64,000 nucleotides of DNA from a virus, in the IMG/VR virus record IMGVR_UViG_3300017989_000003, positions 70,606 to 134,605 of that record, one strand, 5' to 3'. This document shows positions 62,891 through 64,000 of this stretch, piece after piece; the stretch's first letter is position 1, and every line of letters begins with the position of its first letter. Both the position numbers and the translations under genes were made by a program. The notes beneath the pieces were generated by a model. The model saw only the letters and a program-made list of their open reading frames with translations, was not told the DNA's origin and did not search any database.

Positions 62891-64000
62891 ATGGCAGAAT
62901 TAAACACATTAGCACCAAAAAAATGGGTGCAAAATTTTGGCGGTGTAGCTCCAACTTTGGATTCTTCAAATACCGTCAGTAATGGTGATATTGCTATTGA
63001 CACGTCTACTACTCCAAATGCCTATTGGAGATGTCTGGCTAATACACTTGGAAGTCCAACGTGGGTTAATATTGTGGCTAAGTCTTCAAAGACTATTTAT
63101 GTTAATGGTGCTGTTGGAGCTGGCGATTATATGAATGGCTCGTTTGAGTACCCTTACAAAACCATTCAAGCTGCAATTAACGTAGCTAGTGCAGGTGATG
63201 TTATCGTAATATCTTCTGGTGTGTACACAGAGAATTTAACGTTAAACAAACTTGTTTACATCAAAAGTATGTTTAACAGTTCATTCTATGACGTTACTAT
63301 CATCGGAAAACACACTTTTGACGTTGGAGGTGGTACCTTATCACTCAGTGGATTACATTTTTATAACACTACCGACACAGCATTTGTATTTGGTGGAGCA
63401 CTTTCTCAAAAATTACGTGCATATAAGTGTAAGTTTGAGACAAATGGTGCAGGTGCTTACCATGGTATTGATGTTACTAACACACATGCTGGTAGTGAAA
63501 TTCTGCTCAATGACAGTATGGTTCAAGTTCTAGACTCATCGGCAGGCGCAAAATGTATTAACACTCTTAATACTTGTCAGTGCCAAATAGGACTTATGGA
63601 CACTACAGTTAAAGTCGATGACGACGATGACAACGTAGCAGTGGATATCAATGGTTCGATTGCTTACTGGCATACACAAGACACTGTTCATGGAACTGTT
63701 CAGGTAGCTGATACAGCAACTTGTTCTATTAGTTTTGTGGCTATGTACAGCACAACCCAGCCTAATATAACTACTAATAGTACTGGATTTACGACTACTA
63801 TTGGTGTTGTGTTAAATACGGGTGCTTCACCAGCTATAACTGGCGCTGGTGCGTTTGCTTATAGCATGGTAAGCTATTCGGGAGCTGGTTCAGGATTTGC
63901 AGGAACATTAAATGGTGGTGGTGGCGCAGACCCGGGAGCTATTTTGACTGAATCTGGAAAGAACATGGTGTATACAGCTAATGCACCAGACTGGGTTATG
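62891..64000 (+). CDS. beta-helix fibre/tailspike-like protein, runs off the window (absent from the ORF track)
   Basis: MAELNTLAPK...NGSFEYPYKTIQAAINVASAGDVI.ISSGVYTENL; open to the end of the window. Confidence 0.75.
   Translation, partial: MAELNTLAPKKWVQNFGGVAPTLDSSNTVSNGDIAIDTSTTPNAYWRCLANTLGSPTWVNIVAKSSKTIYVNGAVGAGDYMNGSFEYPYKTIQAAINVASAGDVIVISSGVYTENLTLNKLVYIKSMFNSSFYDVTIIGKHTFDVGGGTLSLSGLHFYNTTDTAFVFGGALSQKLRAYKCKFETNGAGAYHGIDVTNTHAGSEILLNDSMVQVLDSSAGAKCINTLNTCQCQIGLMDTTVKVDDDDDNVAVDINGSIAYWHTQDTVHGTVQVADTATCSISFVAMYSTTQPNITTNSTGFTTTIGVVLNTGASPAITGAGAFAYSMVSYSGAGSGFAGTLNGGGGADPGAILTESGKNMVYTANAPDWVM

Noticed and set aside
51179-63533. Numerous minus-strand and alternate-frame ORFs in the structural region
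   Set aside because: Shadows of long + strand genes; 63252-63533 lies inside the open 62891 frame
1-64000. CRISPR array
   Set aside because: No regularly spaced repeat-spacer array seen; the 37-bp element is dispersed over tens of kb
1-64000. Genome-wide TGA reassignment
   Set aside because: Many genes end at TGA in ATGA overlaps (e.g. 18499, 22139, 33129), so TGA is normally a stop

Overview
AT-rich (~35% GC by eye) segment of what is almost certainly a large tailed bacteriophage genome. It has dense small hypothetical ORFs, YopX genes, a sigma factor, DNA methylases and a cluster of fibre/appendage genes, and no cellular housekeeping genes. Layout: + strand 1-29.2 kb (DNA-modification genes, HerA-like ATPase, many small accessory ORFs, sigma factor), a ~1 kb non-coding convergence zone, - strand 30.2-44.1 kb, short switches at 44-49 kb, then + strand virion fibre/LamG/beta-helix genes from 49.4 kb to the end. 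The main finding is a compact, apparently complete ubiquitin-like conjugation operon at 16.7-20.6 kb: a two-domain Ubl ending in Gly, an acidic unknown protein, E2-like, E1/ThiF and JAB peptidase. Other notable signals are three genes with an in-frame TGA (two at apparent Cys positions, each followed by a hairpin), a 121-nt CCA-ending tRNA-like RNA with an aberrant anticodon arm, a dispersed ~37-bp element in four copies, several QLxLF clamp-motif proteins, two Csx20-like proteins, two IS200/IS605 tnpB elements (one inserted silently into a stop codon) and an apparent absence of GATC. All protein family calls come from motif recognition by eye; no database search was run.
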